Part shown: positions 1-13,038 of the stretch, in pieces
Position numbering within the stretch: the stretch's first letter is position 1
Layout of the letters: each line of letters begins with the position of its first letter
Assembly: GCA_951406725.2 (NCBI GenBank)
Contig: OX597828.1
Span: forward strand, 61,690,001 to 61,754,000
Direction: 5' to 3'
DNA: 64,000 nucleotides
DNA from: Octopus vulgaris
Lineage: Eukaryota
Program-made: the position numbers and the translations under genes
Notes under the pieces: generated by a model
Database searches by the model: none
The model's input: only the letters and a program-made list of their open reading frames with translations
Told to the model about the DNA's origin: nothing

Positions 1-526
1 CCGAAACGCGGAAACAAAAATGGTATGTACACACAGAATTACCTCTTCATGTCTTCACATGCGCATGTAGCTCCTTAGATATAATAATAACATTCCAACA
101 GCAGTAATATGAGATCCTGATACAACATGATTTGCTCTTTTCATTCCTTTCTTTTCTTCAGTTTTCAATTAATATTTCGCGACCGAACTGGTAATGACGA
201 CAGAGTGGCCTCCCCTCTACAGAAACGCCCAAATAAATAAACACAGTAATTCAATAACTCAGACCATTTCTTCCCTCTATAAAAACTTGTTTTTAGAAAC
301 TTACAAAGGGAAAAACTCTTTTTTCTTTCCTTCTTTTTTTTTTAATAAATCCACATATCGACTACCACCACATCTTTTCCACTCACACACAAGCGTACAC
401 ATAACTTTAACTGATAGATACAAACAGGACTCAAAACTTACACATGCGCGGAGAAGCACTCGCAGATACACATACGTTTCAAACAGCAGGCACACAATCC
501 CACACGCATTCACTAAACTTTTCAAA

Positions 527-571
<45 letters not shown>

Positions 572-967
572 GTTCACAATTGCCGAAAACACAGAGGACG
601 CATTTTTACTAATACAAAATCCAATGAATATACACGCAGTATAATTCCAACATACTTCACCTTATTAACATGACGCCTTGGCTTCCATTCTCGTTATAAG
701 AATCAACATTTACAGACGGAAATGCGGATCCTGTCTCACTTTGCTTAAAGATACATATAACGAAACGAATAATTTTCATGTGAAACATCCAACTCTTAAT
801 AAATTATATATATTACTCTGAGAATTAGTACTAGAAATCTATTGTTTTATAGTTTTATTCACATACACACACGCACACACACAGCACACTCGTACGCACA
901 CACACACACATGCACACAGAAAGAAAGATAGACACACACACACACTCACACACACACACACACACAC

Positions 968-1046
<79 letters not shown>

Positions 1047-1351
1047 GTGAAAAATAAGGATGAGAAACAAAAGATGGGTTACCAATACGCATATAGTAAA
1101 ATATATTCCGTTATAAAAATATGTGCACAAAATCGTACAATAAAAATATACAGATATATAAATACATAAAAAAAACTTTAAAAGTATATAAATATCGCGA
1201 TAAAAATACACTAAGAATACATTAAGATTATACAAATATATAGTCCAGCTTACAATAAAAGCGATATTAAAAATATACAAATAGAATTGGTGGAGTAGAA
1301 AATCAGAATAGAATGTTATCAATCCATATGGAAGGTTATAAGTCCTTAAGG

Positions 1352-1438
1352 TCCGACGGCCGTTTCTGGGAGCATAGTGGTCCAAATATATTATAGATTT
1401 TAAAGTCCATTAATTCTTACCACCTCCGTGTTCAGGGA
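1352..1438 (-). ncRNA. Degenerate type I hammerhead ribozyme downstream of the GIY-YIG ORF
   Basis: Minus strand reads tcc-CTGAACA-cggag gtggt...accac tatg ctccca-GAAA-CGGCCG-TC-gga. Stem III is the palindrome ACGGCCGT and the cleavage triplet is GUC. The core has G8>C. Confidence 0.6.
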
Positions 1439-2600
1439 AGTTTCGAACTGATAAGTTTACATTTGTTATGCTGATGTAGTGCAATTCAAAGTTGATAGAC
1501 TTTATAAAGAGCTACACGTATTATTAAGGAGCTAGGGGCGCTTTTTAGAGAGTAGTAGGAGGAGAGAATATAATACTATTATGACAAAGCTATTAATAAT
1601 ATTAGAGGTGGAGGGTTACAGGAGAAGGTAAATTCAAATATTTTACAATTCAAATTTACTTAAATAATAATTTATAGCAAAAATATGAAGAGTTTACCAA
1701 ATGAGTAAAGGTCGAATAATACCTGTGTCTATACAAGAGAAGAAAACATCTTAAAACCTTTTTAACATTGAAGAATTATACATACGCAGAATAGTTAATG
1801 ATTTTTTAATACAGAATTTACATTTACGTGTATATGAATTGTAAGGGAGTGCTCCTGTTACTATTGACCAGGATAGTTTGTACTGTATATTTTGTGCTTT
1901 GAGATTATGGATATGTGTAGCTAGTGCAGTAGAAAATTTGGTTTGGGGGTTAATAAAAGAATTAATATGTGTACGATATCTACGCTTAATGTCTACTGTG
2001 CTCCCAATATACATCATTGCCTTGGGATTTTGGGATGTCATCACAGTGCATTTATATATCACATATTTGCATAAGCAAAAATCTTCAAGAGGGCATAAAT
2101 TGGATGTACGACAGTTACAGGATTTTTCGTTTGTTTGATAGTCAGAGAATCTTCCTTGTGAGGCTAATTTAGGTTGACATATCATCGGTAAACTTGGGTC
2201 TAAGTGGGAGTTTATGACAGAATTGGAATGAATAGTTATGTTCGAACTGGTACCCACTATTTGGTAATTAGGGTTCGGGGATACTGCCATCATTTTAGAA
2301 TTACTTAGCTTAGGAGAGTTAATAGCTGTGGTACTGTTCTTGTCCGGATCTGATTAGGGTTCTATATAAGGATTTATATGTTCATCCAGCGGGTCTCGGA
2401 GTTTGCGACTGTTGAGAATAGTTATGATAGATCCTAGGTTAGGTGTAGTAGAGTATGAAATTTTTATGGAAGATTTATTGAAAATGGAGTAATAGATGTG
2501 TTGTGGCGGAAAGTTTCATTTTAAGATTGTAAAAAGTAATTTTGGTATCTGACCTGGAGGAAGATGGGTGGTGCGAACCATGTAATTTCACGTATCCCAG
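1352..2600 (-). mobile_element. Penelope-like element (Naiad-type) 3' portion: end of RT, Cys linker, GIY-YIG endonuclease, 3' region with hammerhead remnant; decayed
   Basis: ORF 1751..2293(-) contains CNCRTSNLCPLEDFCL...VIYKC...YIGST...RYRTH...THIH...W.I...CKFC. Upstream (about 2420-2590) reads NFPPQHIYYSIFNKSSIKISYSTTPNL, the typical post-RT segment. Stops and frameshifts are present. Confidence 0.88.
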
Positions 2601-2871
2601 AAGGTAAATTGTGTGTTTATAATGAGCTGATAAGGATGGGGAGATTTAAAGTTACCACAGGACCGAGGAGGCCAATAGTGCTGTTGTATGTAATTTGAAA
2701 GCGGTTTTCGCCTGTGTTGTTTTACTTGTGAGAAGATGAGTTCATAGTGATATAGCCAGGGTTAATATCCGAAAAGAGGTGTGCTATTTTATTTTTGAAA
2801 TTAGGATTATGTATGTATGTAGCGGATTTTTTCCCCAGAAGCCGCTCGTATTTTTGTACGTTCCACCGATT

Positions 2872-2991
2872 TTATACATACATACATACATACATACACA
2901 CATACATACATATATAGACATACATACATACATACATACATACATACATACATACATACATGCATGCATGCATACATACATACATACATAT

Positions 2992-3022
<31 letters not shown>

Positions 3023-3523
3023 GACATACATACATACATACATACATACATACATACATACATGCATGCATGCATGCATACATACATACATACATGCATA
3101 CATGCATACATACATACATACATATATAGACATACATACATACATACACACATACATACATACATACTTACATGCATGCATACATACATGCATACATACA
3201 TATATAGACATACATTCATACACACATACATACATACATGCATGCATACATGCATACATACATACACACATACATACATACAAAGATACATGCATACATA
3301 CATACATACATACATACATACATACATACACACATACATACATACATACACACATACATGCATACATACACACATACATGCATACATACATACATACACA
3401 CATACATACATACATATATACATACATACATACATATATACATACATACATACATACATGCATACATACATACATACATACATACATTCATACATACATA
3501 CATACATACATACATACATACAC
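2872..3523. repeat. (TACA)n-based compound microsatellite, representative of dozens of (TA)n, (CA)n, (TACA)n, (TAGA)n, (GA)n and (TTA)n tracts across the window
   Basis: Visible directly; it explains the YIHT/VCMY ORFs in the track. Confidence 0.99.
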
Positions 3524-3766
3524 AAGCAGCTGAGTGCAATCGGATACTGAGTGAATTAACATATCTTGCTCCTCTAGACAAGTATTGAGTTCTATATAAG
3601 TTAAATGTGTGCACCATGTATTAGAAAATGTGTGCTGCTCTTATTGGTACAAAGTTACTCACACAATTGCATTGTACCTTCTCTCTGCCGTCCTTACCGC
3701 CTTACATGCAAACACATACACATTCATTCATACATACATACATATATACATATATACATATATACA

Positions 3767-3844
<78 letters not shown>

Positions 3845-4063
3845 GTGTTTGTGTGTCACTGTTTATAACTCTTTCTGGACACTTCACTCTGTTTTTATGT
3901 GTGTCTTTCTGTGAATGTAACTCTGTGTATATGTAATGTGGAACGTGTTTAATTTGATCCTCGACCCACGTCTAACATCTTCGTTTGATCGTACAACAAA
4001 GAATTATTCATGTTATTCACCCTATTTTGCTTCGTGTTTGCTTAACACGCTTTTTATTTGCAG

Positions 4064-4084
4064 GTGTTGATCAATTATGCCAAG
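4064..4084 (+). other. Candidate 21-nt microexon
   Basis: gcttaac (branch-like)...gctttttatttgcAG|GTGTTGATCAATTATGCCAAG|GTaaaa in non-repetitive sequence; length is divisible by 3. Confidence 0.35.
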
Positions 4085-4456
4085 GTAAAATCCTAAAGAC
4101 ACTAGATTAACCAACTTTCACCCTCCCCTCTCCTTCTTTCTTATTTCTTTATTATCTTTTTTTTTTCAAAACTTATCCTAATCTCGAACTTACACAGGCA
4201 AAAACACATGCGCGGGCACTTTTGTCTGTGTCATCGCTTTTTACCATTCATTTTAGAGTTCATTGTGTCTATATGGGTATGTATCGTGTATGTATAAGAA
4301 AGATACTTAGATAAATAGACAGGTAACGACATAGATTCATAGAAAGACAGGTACGTATAAGCAGACGGGCATCTCTCTCTATCTCACTCTATCTCTCTTT
4401 CTCTCTCTCTCACTCTCTCTCTCTCTCTCTCTCTCTGTATACACACACGCACACAT

Positions 4457-4488
<32 letters not shown>

Positions 4489-4692
4489 CATGTATGTATG
4501 TATATGGGCGCAAGCATGGTTGTGTTACGTTTCGGGCAAGTGTCCTTCTATTATAGTCCTGAGCCGACAATCCTTTATAACTTTATAAGATGATTTGAAA
4601 GATGGAAACGGGAGAGAAGCTTATCATATATATATATATATATTCACATATACACACGAGGACGGACGGACGGACGGACGGATGGAGATATA

Positions 4693-4748
<56 letters not shown>

Positions 4749-4749
<1 letters not shown>

Positions 4750-4951
4750 TTTATTTTAAGCACCAGAAAATTCAACAAAATCTGTTACTCTGAGTTTCTC
4801 GTTGCCGTTCATCAGACAGTTTTCGCTAGAGAAACTCAGAGTAACAGATTTTGTTGAATTTTCTGCTGCTTAAAATAAAGCATATTACTCTACCACTGGT
4901 ATTTGAGTACTCTTTTTTCCACCTTGTTTCACATTTATGTGTTTACTCCGG
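4749..4951. mobile_element. Short PLE-derived module in (TA)n with 52-bp fold-back arms and a hammerhead (4782-4819, minus strand)
   Basis: Arms at 4749-4800 and 4829-4880. Minus strand reads ctgt-CTGATGA-acg gcaa cga-GAAA-ctc a gag-TA-acag. Same family at 43735-43862. Confidence 0.8.
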
Positions 4952-4967
4952 TATATATATATATAGC

Positions 4968-5056
<89 letters not shown>

Positions 5057-5719
5057 TCATACATACGCATACATATTCATATATGTGAATGTTATAAATA
5101 TGTAAATGAACATGTATGCGTATATTCAAATATATATATATATATATATACATGCACACACATTGACACACTTTCACTCACACACATAGGTATATGTGAG
5201 TGCTTGTGTGAGTGTGTGTGTGTAGGATTTATTGTGTCAGTTTTATGTTTAGATGATGATCTTGTCTATGTTTCATTTGAAGCAATATATTTAGCAAAGT
5301 TAATATTTACTGTAGCTATGGTTTTCAACGAAAATGCTAATGCCTATAAATACGTCGTTGGTACGGCGGATATGTCTAAATGAAAATATGTGCGAGGGAA
5401 AGGAGGGACACAGGGGGAAGGAGCGGGTGGAAAGATAAGGGGCCTGTGAGTGGGGTGGTATAGAGAGAGAGAGAGAGGAACGAAAGATATGTTTTACACT
5501 AAATAAATCAGACGGAAATAAAAGCAACGTGAAAATTTATCCCTTACCCCATCAAACGAACAACGTTCACATGTATTCTTAGTTTTATGGAAATTAATGA
5601 CAGTTATTAATTAGAATTCATCGTCAGGTTTCAGTCCTCTGAGATTAATACATTTTGCTGCTTTTTGCTTTTGTTTAAAGATTACCGAAATACTGAAATT
5701 GGCTAAAAAGATCACCAGT

Positions 5720-6240
5720 GACAACAATATATGATCAATATATATTTCATCCTTGCCATATGGCTGCGAAACCTGGGCTCTATGTCGCCGCGATATCCAA
5801 AAATTAGAATACCTTTACTAGCAATGATTTTACTTCTATCTTGAGCATCGAATGGGAACAATCTGTGACTCACAATAAAGAGTTGGAAAGAGCTAACAGT
5901 CAAAGCATCGAATTGCTGATCCTGAAGCACCGTCTTCAATAATCAGAACATGTAGAAAGAATGGAAAAGTCAAGGTTCCCACGTTAAGTCTTATCTAGCG
6001 AGCACATTTCAGAGAAAAGATTACCAGGTTGCCCTCTTTGAAGATACAAGGACCAGCTCAAAATAATACTGGAAGCCACTGGACTTGAGCCTAAATCGTT
6101 TGAAACAGAGTCACGAGACCGAAGTGGCGGTGTACCATCACCATCGGAAACAAAATCTTCGAAACCACCAGAAGAGAAAAGGAAGAAATCCAATGACAGG
6201 AAAGAAAGGCTCAACAAAATCAACCTCATCCTCCACCAAA
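5720..6240 (+). mobile_element. RTE-clade (BovB-like) LINE ORF2 C-terminal remnant
   Basis: Broken frames read CETWALCRRDIQKLE...IEWEQSVTHNKELERANSQSIELLILKHRLQ*SEHVERMEKSRFPR...RYKDQLK. Confidence 0.8.
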
Positions 6241-6585
6241 ATTACCATGCAGTGAATACCATCGACCCTTCTATGAAAGAATTGATCTACAAGGTCATCA
6301 ACGCCATCACCATAGAGGAAGCGTTCAACAAAGAAGAAACTAAATTCTCGAATACGAGATAAAGCCGACGAATATATTTTAGAGGAGCCAAACTGTCGAC
6401 AATATCGATTTCAGTACTTGATTGGTGCAATATTTTATCAACTCTTGAAGGATAAAAACCAAAGCGCACCTCAGCGAAATTTGAATTCGGAACATAAACA
6501 ACCATAACCAAATTTCGCAAGGAATTTTCCCCGACGTTTTAACGATTCTGCCAAACCACTATACAGTTACTTATCAATAATAATA

Positions 6586-7335
6586 ATCCTTTTTACTAAA
6601 AGCACAAGGTCTGAAATTTGGGAGGAGGGGACTAGTCGATTACATCGACCCCAGTACTCAACTGCTACTTAGTTTATCGACCCCGAAAAGATGAAAGACA
6701 AAGTCGACCTCCACGGGATTTAACCTTCGAATATGAAATATCAGAACAAATAGCGCAAAACATTTCTTCCGACACTTAAACGAGTCTACCTACTGTTCAC
6801 TTTTATCAATAATAATTGATTTAAACTTTATCAAAAGGTTAGCAATTGCAGTGCATGGGTTATTCGATTACACTGAACCCCGTGCATGACTGGTACTTGA
6901 TTTCATCAGTTCTGAAAGGATAAATGACAAAAGTTGTCCTTGGTGGGATTTTGATTGTAAACGTAAAGAGCCAGAAGAAATGCCACTACGCATTTTTGTT
7001 CGATGCGCCAATAATTCTGCCAGTTTTCTGCCTTTTCAATAGTAATAATAATAATAATAATAATAAGGGTTTTAAATTTTGGCTCAAGGCCAGCAATTTT
7101 AGGGAAGAGGAAAAGCAAAATATTAATCCTTTACAGGGATTTCAAGTCGGAATGCATAGCGGAATATTCTTTTCTCCTCTAGGTACGAGGCCTGAAATTT
7201 TTTGGGAGCGGGCTAGTCGATTACATCGACCCCAGTAGGCAACTGATACTTAATTTATCGACCTCGAAAGGATGAAAGGCAAACTCGACCTCGACGGAAT
7301 TTGAACTCAGAACGTAAAGACAGACGAAACGCATA
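6586..7335 (-). mobile_element. Cluster of decayed OK-type (Meta-domain) SINE copies with (TAA)n tails
   Basis: Reverse-complement matches to gtcgactttgcctttcatcctttcggggtcgataaa...gtaccag...ctggggtcgatgtaatcgac at about 6586-6790 and 7172-7335, with more eroded copies between them. Confidence 0.8.
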
Positions 7336-7639
7336 GAGGAATATTGGAATGTTTTTCATTCCTCAGTATACTACTACTACTACTACTACTGATGATGATG
7401 ATGATGGTGGTGGTAGTGGTGGTGGTGGTGGTTGTGGTGGTGGTGGTGGTAATGATGATAAGGGTGCTGACGAGAAAGAGAGTGTTCATAAGATGTAAGA
7501 TAATGGATGGCGACAAAAGATGCAGTAGAGGGATGTAGGAAGACAAGTAGATCGCTTATAAATGTATGGAATAAAAAAACGAAAAGTAGATTGAAACTGG
7601 TTCTCTATTTTTTACATTAATTCAACTCCCTTTTATTAT

Positions 7640-8390
7640 TAGTTACCGAGATATTTGACGGTCTTGCCCCAGAACATAACTGAATGTATAGTAGCGTACA
7701 CAGTTGTGTACTCTACTATCATTGAGATATGAAGTATCTTCTGGCCATGAAACCAAAAGTTAGTCAATGGCATCCTAACTATGTGAAGATGCTTTCGCCA
7801 GGAAGAAGGCTTCTTGGTGTTATTGAGACTCTGCAATTAACGTTTCCGAGAGTTCTAGCTGAATGCTCTACTGATTAAGGCAGGTGCAGTATAGTAATGT
7901 GTTCTTGATATGAGTAGCATGAGTGTTTTTTAAGGTGAAAGAGACAAGACTGGCATATTTTCGCTGGAGGTTGCGTTCGGGGTCTCTGTACAGGGAATCA
8001 ATGTGAGGTGTATGTTGTCAGTGGATAAGTCATGGATGGAAAATGTTAAGGAGAAATAAAAGGTAGAGTCATCTATGTAAGAGAGGGTGGAGTTAGATGT
8101 AAAGGCAAGTAAATCATTGATGTATAGATGGAAATCAGTGGAGACAAAACTGATGCTTGGGACACGCAGGACTAGATTGAATCAGCGACGAAAACAAACG
8201 TAACAATAGCACGATCTGATAGAAAGGTGTACCGATAAGAGACAGATGGACAGGAAGGTTCGATTGGCATAGCAGACTCGATCGAAAGCTTTTCTGATGT
8301 CGAGGACGGCAACATTACGTTCGTCAAGTTCCTCCAAGTCAAGTACCCGCTTGTGGGAGATGGAGGAAAATAAGTGATCGGTGGATTTTG
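7640..8390 (-). mobile_element. CR1/Jockey-group LINE reverse transcriptase remnant
   Basis: Minus frames read VAVLDIRKAFDRV (RT motif A) and V.QASVLSPLI...LYINDLLAFTSNSTLSYIDDSTF (YxDD). Confidence 0.8.
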
Positions 8391-8613
8391 TTTAACCCAT
8401 TAGCATTTAGTTTATTCCGCCAAGTTAAATGCTTATATGTTCTAATTCTTTTGAAATAATCTTGCATTAACTTGTAGCATGGAGGGTCTCGCCGGTTTGA
8501 ACATAAAACATGGTACAATAATTTGGGTCTGACACGACCAGTTTAAATGCGAAACGGGTAAGAATATGTATCTGAATACACACAACCTGCTTTTTCACTC
8601 TCCCTAGCATATG

Positions 8614-8644
<31 letters not shown>

Positions 8645-8794
8645 GAGTGTATATATACATTATATGTGTGTGTATGTATATATATATGTATGTATGTGTG
8701 TATGTATATATATAAATATATACATATATATACATATACACACATATATATATATGTATATATATGTATATATATGTATATATATATTTCTTTT

Positions 8795-9192
8795 TCTCTT
8801 TTAATTGTTTCAATCATTTGGTTGTGGCCATGCTGGAGTACCGCCTTTAGTCGAGCAAATCGACCCCAGGGCTTATTCTTTGTAAGCCTAGTACTTATTC
8901 TATCGGTCTCTTTTGCCGAACCGCTAAGTTACGGGGACGTAAACACACCAGCATCGGTTGTCAAGCGATGTTGGTTGGACAAACACAGACACACAAACAT
9001 ATACACACATACATATATATACATATATGCGACGGGCTTCTTTCAGATTCCGTCTACCAAATCCACTCACAAGGGTTTGATCGGCCCGAGGCTATAGTAG
9101 AAGACACTTGCCCAAGGTGCCACGCAGTGGGAATGAACCCGGAACCATGTGGTTGGTAAACAAGCTACTTACCACACAGCCATTCCTGTGCC
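8795..9192 (-). mobile_element. tRNA-derived CORE-like SINE (octopus OR-type), near full length
   Basis: Head ggcacaggaatggctgtgtggtaag...ggttccgggttcattccc (A/B boxes), core ccttgggcaagtgtctt, internal microsatellite and tail ...ccagcatggcc...tgaaacaa. Confidence 0.85.
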
Positions 9193-9260
9193 TATAAATA
9201 AAATGATGAACAACCTTAATAGATTTTTAAACCTTATTGGGTTCTCATCGGTGGTGTCTA

Positions 9261-9306
<46 letters not shown>

Positions 9307-9319
9307 TTGTATCAAATAT

Positions 9320-9686
9320 TATGGTGGCTAGTCGCAATTTACAACCTAAAGGCACAAGTACAAAACGTCACTAGAAGTGAATCAGCCACTGATTCGTATG
9401 GTATTCTTTATAAACTGACAAGTCGAGTTAGCTTAACCCTAGGCAGCGGAATAGTATCGCTGATGAGGATTAATTCGATCCGAAATCACTGGTGATCTCA
9501 CTCCTTCACTTGCTATAGGGAGACAATAGATAGTCCTATTTGAACAGAAAATGTTCTGTCCGTGGTTAAGAGTGGTCTTGACTCTTATTTCTATCAATGC
9601 TGGTACTGACTTGCACCTTTAGTTATTTTTAGTGACGTTTTGTATTTGTGCTTTTTGGTTTTAAATCGTGATTAGCCACTTTAATA
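9320..9686 (+). mobile_element. PLE-derived module with degenerate terminal inverted arms and a hammerhead core (9460-9497)
   Basis: CTGATGA-ggat taattcg atcc-GAAA-tcac tg gtga-TC; stem I is eroded. Arms at about 9320-9376 and 9624-9686. Confidence 0.7.
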
Positions 9687-9968
9687 ATTATAACACTTTA
9701 CCATTTTACTGAATCAGCCACTAATATATAAATATATCTTTTCCTTGTTTCAATGATTAGACTGCAGCCATGTTGGGGCACCACCTTGAACATTTTCATG
9801 GCGAAGGAATCGACCTCAAGCCTTGCTTTTTAAGCCTGGTACTTATTTTATCGGTCTCTTTCACCGAACCGCTGGTTTATGGGGACGTAAACGCACAAAC
9901 ATCGGTTCTCAAGTGAGACAAACACAGATACAAAGACACACACACAGATAGGTATATATATATATATA

Positions 9969-10340
9969 TTTAAAATTAAGGATAAAATCTTTATAAGAAA
10001 TTATCAGTAGTTAGCGAGAAAAACCTCGTAAGAGAAAAAATCTGTAAATTTTTCCACTTTGAAAATATTTATTTATATTATATAGAGGGTACTATTATTC
10101 ATAGGTACCGCACGCTAGGAGGGACTTTTGCAGTCAAAACTACTTCAAAGCAAGTCATTCAAAAACAGAATTTAGTTACATATCACCTGTGATTTCGCAA
10201 TCAATGCAGAATATGCATTCTATGCTCTTCAGTGTAACGAATTCAAGACATGTAAGGAAAAAAACACAATATAGCATACCCGACAGCCAACCGTAGAATT
10301 CGTCGTAACATGTACGAATGTTTATCTTTACATATCTATG
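9969..10340 (-). mobile_element. PLE-derived module in (TA)n; second copy at 55727-56322
   Basis: High similarity to 55727-56125 (tttaaaattaaggataaaatc...atctttacatatctatg); it carries the hammerhead at 10175-10238. Confidence 0.85.
10175..10238 (-). ncRNA. Type I hammerhead ribozyme, intact core
   Basis: gttaca-CTGAAGA-gca(...)tgc-GAAA-tcac ag gtga-TA-tgtaac: perfect 6-bp stem I, closed stem II, 4-bp stem III with a 2-nt loop, AUA triplet. Confidence 0.85.
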
Positions 10341-10357
10341 AAAATGGCGGGCTTATT

Positions 10358-10427
<70 letters not shown>

Positions 10428-10556
10428 AGTAATTGAATGAGTTATCTTATTAAGGATAATTAGAAAGATAACCGATACCTGGGTAGCAAATTCACATCAG
10501 AAAGAACACGGTTGAAGTTCTACGTGTCTTCGTGCGGAAATTTGTATGTTTATTTT

Positions 10557-10924
10557 AAAATTATAAGTATATGAAAGAATGGAGTTGAACGACTAGTTAA
10601 CAAATATCCTTCTTATGCCTCCCTCCTCCTACTTCGTTTGAACTCTTGAACCTTTAGAAACTTCTAGATTCTTCTACATTCAGCCACTCTGACGTCACTC
10701 TTTATAAAGAGACACTCATTATCGCCATGGGCTCCTTGAAAGTGGTCAGCTAAAAGTTTTTTGTGCATTTTGATGTCGACATAAGTTCCTTGATTTTCCT
10801 GATGAGAAATCTGCACAATGTACTCCTTATTCCTTCGGAATTAGGAATATGCAGCCTTCGAAACATATGTCGAGAATAAAGGATATTTGTTAACTAGTCG
10901 TTCAACTCCATTCTTTCATATACT

Positions 10925-10933
<9 letters not shown>
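10557..10933. repeat. 55-bp perfect inverted repeat enclosing the 10788 hammerhead
   Basis: 10557-10611 is the reverse complement of 10879-10933. Confidence 0.92.
10788..10882 (+). ncRNA. Type I hammerhead ribozyme with extended stem II, intact core
   Basis: ccttgattttc-CTGATGA-gaa..ctgca..tcct.attcc ttc ggaat.agga..tgcag..ttc-GAAA-catatg-TC-gagaataaagg. Stem I pairs at 10 of 11 positions, stem III is the palindrome ACATATGT, and the triplet is GUC. Confidence 0.88.
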
Positions 10934-11007
<74 letters not shown>

Positions 11008-11197
11008 CCATTGTATGTATATAATTTTATTTCATATGTTCGTCTAATAGTCGAAATGTTCCGTGTATCTTGTTTTGTCCTGTTTGCCGTTGTCGTATTA
11101 TCGTCCTTTCTTTCCGCATGTTCTGTTTTGACTGTTTCCGTTTGTCGTGTTTTTTTTGTTGTACCATTGATACATACATACATACATACACACACAC

Positions 11198-11343
<146 letters not shown>

Positions 11344-12251
11344 GACGGCTTTCTTTCAGTTTCCGCTAACAAATCCTCTTAGAGGGCTATAGCAGAAGAC
11401 ACTTGCGCAAGGTATCACGAAGTGGAACTGAACACGGAATCATGAGGTTGGGAGGCAATCTATAACAGTGACATTTCTTTTCCCTTTCTTTTAAATCAAA
11501 CAGCCATTTTTTCAAAATTTTCGCCACCATTTCCTATTGTTTTCTGTAATACATTACACGCAAACATACATACATACATACATACATACATACATACATA
11601 CATACATACATACATACATACGTATGTATGTATATATATTTGTGTGTGTGCGTGTGCGTGCGTCCACGCGCGCGCGTCCATGTGTGTTTATATGTATAAT
11701 ATATATTCGTATATTGTTGAGTTTCTCAAATCCGTCTAGTAGCGTGCTAATCTAGGATTACCATTAAGCTTACAATTAATTTGAATGAAACTTAAGGACT
11801 TCCACTAGTGCAAATCGGCATCATCAAGCAAACATAATTTTTACGGTAATTTAACACCAATCAATATGTTATGAAATAGTAATGCTAGGTGACTTTGTAA
11901 TCTACAAAACCTGGGCTGCTGCTTTTCAAGATTCGAAAGTTTCGAACGTTTACGTTTTTCTCAAAAACATTAACGTTATAAATGAAGAGGAATGGTACCG
12001 AGCAGGAATACAAGTCTAGTGGTGGATTTGGGTCAGCGGTAGCATTTACCATACTAATTGGTAATAATTGGCCGACAGAGAACATATATTTAATTAGAAA
12101 ATATCTAACTAGAAAGCAATAAGGTACTAGATACAATCTTAATGGTTGTGTATCTAATCCCAGTTTCCTGTCACTACCTTAAAAATTACTGTAACAGGTT
12201 TCGACACAGAATGCGAGAAAATTTTTGACAGACAGTCATAAGTAATTTTTA

Positions 12252-12296
<45 letters not shown>

Positions 12297-12425
12297 TAAA
12301 AGGAATTCCAACCTTGTCTGATTTTCACGTTTTATTTACAATCTTATAATGATATATTACAAGATAATATATTATAATTGAATAAAATAAAATGAAATAG
12401 TAGAATGTTAAATGTTCATTCTGAT

Positions 12426-12470
12426 TGAACTAGTACTTTCATGCATTGAATTCTGCAATCTTCGGGTTCA
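12426..12470 (-). ncRNA. Minimal hammerhead-like motif (U4C core, U.U at the base of stem II)
   Basis: tgaac-CCGAAGA-ttgca gaattcaa tgcat-GAAA-gtac-TA-gttca: perfect 5-bp stem I, palindromic AGTACT. Confidence 0.7.
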
Positions 12471-12513
12471 TGTAGTAGTGGTGACAGTCATGCTTCACAA
12501 TTTTTGACTGTCA

Positions 12514-12607
<94 letters not shown>

Positions 12608-13038
12608 AAAATAAGAAAATGTAAAAAATGCTAGAATAATTTTATCATGAACATTTTAATACCGGTTTCGGGCTTTGTGACTTTTTCAAAAAGCACGCAA
12701 AACAATTATATTGCGGAAAAAATTTAATGAAATGTTTTTTAAAATATTTCCATAGTCTTCAAATGCAAAGGATATATATATATATAGTGTAATAAATAAA
12801 ATATATGCATACATACATACATATATGTACGTACCTACATCTACATGTATATATACATGCATATATAAATATATATACGTGAGTACAGGACACCAGAAAT
12901 AGACGTAGAACTCAACGAGAAACGAAAACGTAAAAACAAACGTGGAAACGGACCTAAACGAAAAAAAACAGAGTACAAGACAAACTACACAAGGAAAAAT
13001 CCCCTTTATCAGCTGTCTCTAGTTCAACTCCAGCGTGT

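Noticed and set aside
2779-3617. Long ORFs rich in YIHT, VCMY, YIYI, ERER, poly-N or poly-I here and throughout the track
   Set aside because: They are translations of stop-free microsatellites on both strands, with no coding complexity.
12658-12693. Further hammerhead-like remnants (12658-, 15486+, 38397+, about 55400+)
   Set aside because: They carry several core mutations or lack stems; they are treated only as probable relics and not called.
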